DNA from: Mobula hypostoma
Taxonomy: Eukaryota
Direction: 5' to 3'
DNA length: 64,000 nt
NCBI RefSeq assembly: GCF_963921235.1
Contig: NC_086097.1
Coordinates: 128,156,001-128,220,000, forward strand
The stretch's first letter is position 1. Every line of letters starts with the position of its first letter. The position numbers and the translations under genes were made by a program. The notes beneath the pieces are model-generated. The model saw only the letters and a program-made list of their open reading frames with translations, was not told where the DNA came from and made no database searches. Of this stretch, positions 61,190 through 64,000 are shown one piece after another.

Positions 61190-63890
61190 CAAACGTATAA
61201 TTGATACTGAGATACAGTGTAAATATTTTTCTTGCATGCCATCTGGACAGATCATTCAATTCATAACTACGTCAAGGTAATACAAAGATAAACAGAATGC
61301 AGAGTTTATTGTCACAATTGCAGAGCAGTGGCAGTGCAGGTAGACAAATAAAGTGGAAGAGTCATGCCAAGATACTGTAGATTCAAGATTGCTCAATGTC
61401 ATTTCCAGTACACAAGTGTATAGGAGAACAAAATAATTGTTACTTCAGATCCAAAGAAGCATAAAAAACATAATAAGATAAAGGACATGAAAATAAAAGA
61501 CACTAATAAATATAAGCACATAAGATAGCTTATATACGTAGATTGATTGTATGTCCATAAAGTGATGCTAGGAATAGGAGTGTCTGTACATAAGGTGACT
61601 ATGACAGGAAATGATAAAGTAGTAGTGGTGGTGTGGGATGTGATGGGTGGGTTAGTGGGTGGAGGTGTGGATCAGTCTCACTGCTTGGGAAAAGGAGCTG
61701 TTTTTGAGTCTGGTGGTCCTGGTGTGGAGGCTATGTAGCCTCCTCCCTGATGGGAATAGGATCAAAGATGAATAGTTCATCTTTATTGTATAAGTTTGAT
61801 CTGATAACTGTGGGATAGAAGCTGTTCTTCAAGACTCAAGATTCAAGATTCAAGATTGTTCAATGTCATTTCTTGTACACAGTATAATGAAAAACAAAAT
61901 AATTGTTACTCCAGATCTAATGCAGCACAAAAAAAACACAAAAGATAACAGAGCACAATAATAATAAAAAACACAAGAAATATAAATACATAGATAGCTT
62001 AAATACATAGATTGATTGTATGTCCATAAAGTGACACTAGGATATACATAAGGTGACTTGTGTAGAGGTGGAGCTAGTGGGTGGAGGTGTCAATCAGACT
62101 TACTGCTTGGGGAAAGTAACTGCTTTTTAGTCTGGTGATCCCAGCGTGGATGCTACATGGACTCCTCCCTGATGGGAGTGGGACAAACAGTCCATGAGCA
62201 GGGTGGGTGAGAACCATCATGATGTTATGGGCCCTTTTACAGCACCTATTGTAGATAAGTCCTTGACGGGGGGCGTAGGCTGGTGCCAGTGAGGCATTGG
62301 GCAGTTTTGACTATCCATTGTAGAGTCTTCCTGTTTACTGCAGTGTGTAGTTTCCATACCAAGCAGTGATACATCCTGTCAGGATGCTCTCCACCGCACA
62401 TCGGTAGAATGACGTTGAATATTGATGTGCAAAGTCCAGCTCTCTGCAGCCTCCTCAAAAAGTGGAGAGATTGGTGAGATTCCTTGACTGTGTAGGATGT
62501 GTTCTGGGACCATGTGTTGTGTGGTGCACTCCCAGGAGTTTGAAACTGCTTGCAGTTTCCAGTATCGTGCCGCCAAACGAAGGTGGTGTGGGTGTGTGAA
62601 TGGTGCAAGTTCTCCTAGTCGATAACTATCTCTCCTTGAGCCTGGTGGCACATGTTCTGGCTCTTTCATCTTCTGCTTGATAGGAGTGGAGGGAAGAGAG
62701 AATGGTCTGGTGTGGGAGGGGTCATAGGTCACATTGGCCGCATTCTCAAGGTAGCAAAATCAATAGTGGGGAGGCTGGCTTTTGCAATGGACTGTGCTGT
62801 GTTCACAGATCTCTGCAATTTCAGTTCTTAGTCAGAGCAGCTGCCTTATCAGGCCGTTATGGTTCAGAGAGGATGCTTTCTATGGTGCAACTATAAAAGA
62901 ATCAGAAACAGATTCACCTTTATTATCCCTGGCATACCGTATGTCGTGAAATTTGCTGGTTTACAGCAGCAGTACAGTTTAATACATAAAAATTTACCAA
63001 AAGTTACAATAAGAAATGCATTAAAAGAAAATTGTGCAAAATGAGAAGAAGTAGTGAGGTGGAGTTCACAAACCCTTCAAAATTCTAATGACAGAAGGGA
63101 AGAAGCTGTTCTGAAAACATTGAGTGTGCACTCTTGGGCTCCTGTACCTCCTTCCTGATGGGAATAATGAGAAGAAAGCATGTTCTGAATGATGAGGGTC
63201 CTTCAAGATGGATGCCACCTCCTTAAGGCACTGTCTTTAGAAGACGTTCTCAGTAGTGGAAAGGCTGGTACCTATGATGGAGCTGGTTGATTCCACAACC
63301 CCCTGCAGCTTTTTCTTGTCCCATGCATTGGAGCCTCCATACCGGACGGTGATGCAACCAATCAGAATGCTTCATAGATCTCCGTACGTCTGTAGAAATT
63401 TGCTGGAGATATCAGCATCAGTATTTTGGGCCCAGGATAGATGCTTTGAGATGTCGACACCCAGGAACTTGAAGCTGCTCACCTCTTGTGCTGTTGACCC
63501 CCTCGGGCTTGTTCACTCACAATCCCAATGCAATCTGACAGAGCATGAGGATCTTTTGTAAAGAAGAATAAGAATGGGGAAAATTGCAGTGTCCAGATGT
63601 GCAAAGCTGATGGAGACCTATCCACACAGACTCGAGGCTGTAGTTACTGCCAAAGGTGCATCTACTAAATACTGACTTGAAAGGGGTGAGAAATTATCCA
63701 ATCAATTTTATATATTATTGTAATTAGTGAGGATTGGTGTGTACTCTCCTGACTTCCCCATCCTGAAGCCCAAGATCAATTCCTTGGTCTTTATGACAAA
63801 GAGTACAAGGTTGTTGTGACGCCTCTCAATCAGCTGATCTATCTCACTCCTGTACACCTCCTTATCACCATCAGAGATTCTGCCAACCAT
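61190..63890 (-). mobile_element. Cluster of nested Rex1/Babar 3' fragments
   Basis: LHFLRRLQRAG, ESIL.GCITAWYGN, YRSEIDQL..W...NNL.L.V.KTKELI..FR motifs; two copies of one tail subfamily at about 61380-61760 and 61830-62640. Confidence 0.75.
63505..63720 (+). mobile_element. Tc1-like transposase C-terminal fragment and start of right end
   Basis: NLTE...EWGKIAVSRCAKLMETYPHRLEAVVTAKGASTKY* (stop at 63673-63675), the typical Tc1 C-terminus. Confidence 0.85.
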
Positions 63891-64000
63891 AGAAGGAAGG
63901 ATTCAAAGGGGGGAAAGTGGCCACAGTGGTTGACAAAGGAAGTCAGAGATAGCAAAGCATTAAAAAGGAAGTATAACAGAGCTAAGGTGAGTGGGAAGAC

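Noticed and set aside
61380..62200. Local tandem segmental duplication
   Set aside because: The copies are substantially diverged and each has its own tail; better explained as separate Rex1/Babar insertions

Overview
Eukaryotic, repeat-dense, intronic or intergenic DNA. The repeat families (CR1 LINEs, V-domain tRNA SINEs, a Deu-domain SINE, Rex1/Babar, RTE-BovB and Penelope-like elements) point to a cartilaginous fish, probably a ray or skate (inference). No intact host protein-coding gene can be identified. Every recognisable ORF is a broken transposon ORF: CR1 ORF2, RTE RT, Rex1 RT C-terminus, Penelope GIY-YIG or Tc1 transposase C-terminus. The most notable structure is a dispersed Penelope-like family whose terminal repeat carries a minimal type-I hammerhead ribozyme motif (CUGAUGA..GAAA-C-GUC); all copies here are decayed. 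Several copies have inverted arrangements and 9-14 bp target duplications. The window also holds a nested hAT-in-hAT-in-CR1 composite with both 8-bp TSDs visible, a solo LTR with a perfect 5-bp TSD, a bipartite non-autonomous RTE element, and a 5'-inverted RTE. A few unique islands contain candidate + strand exons and enhancer-like motif clusters (low confidence). Repeat boundaries are approximate unless a TSD is quoted.
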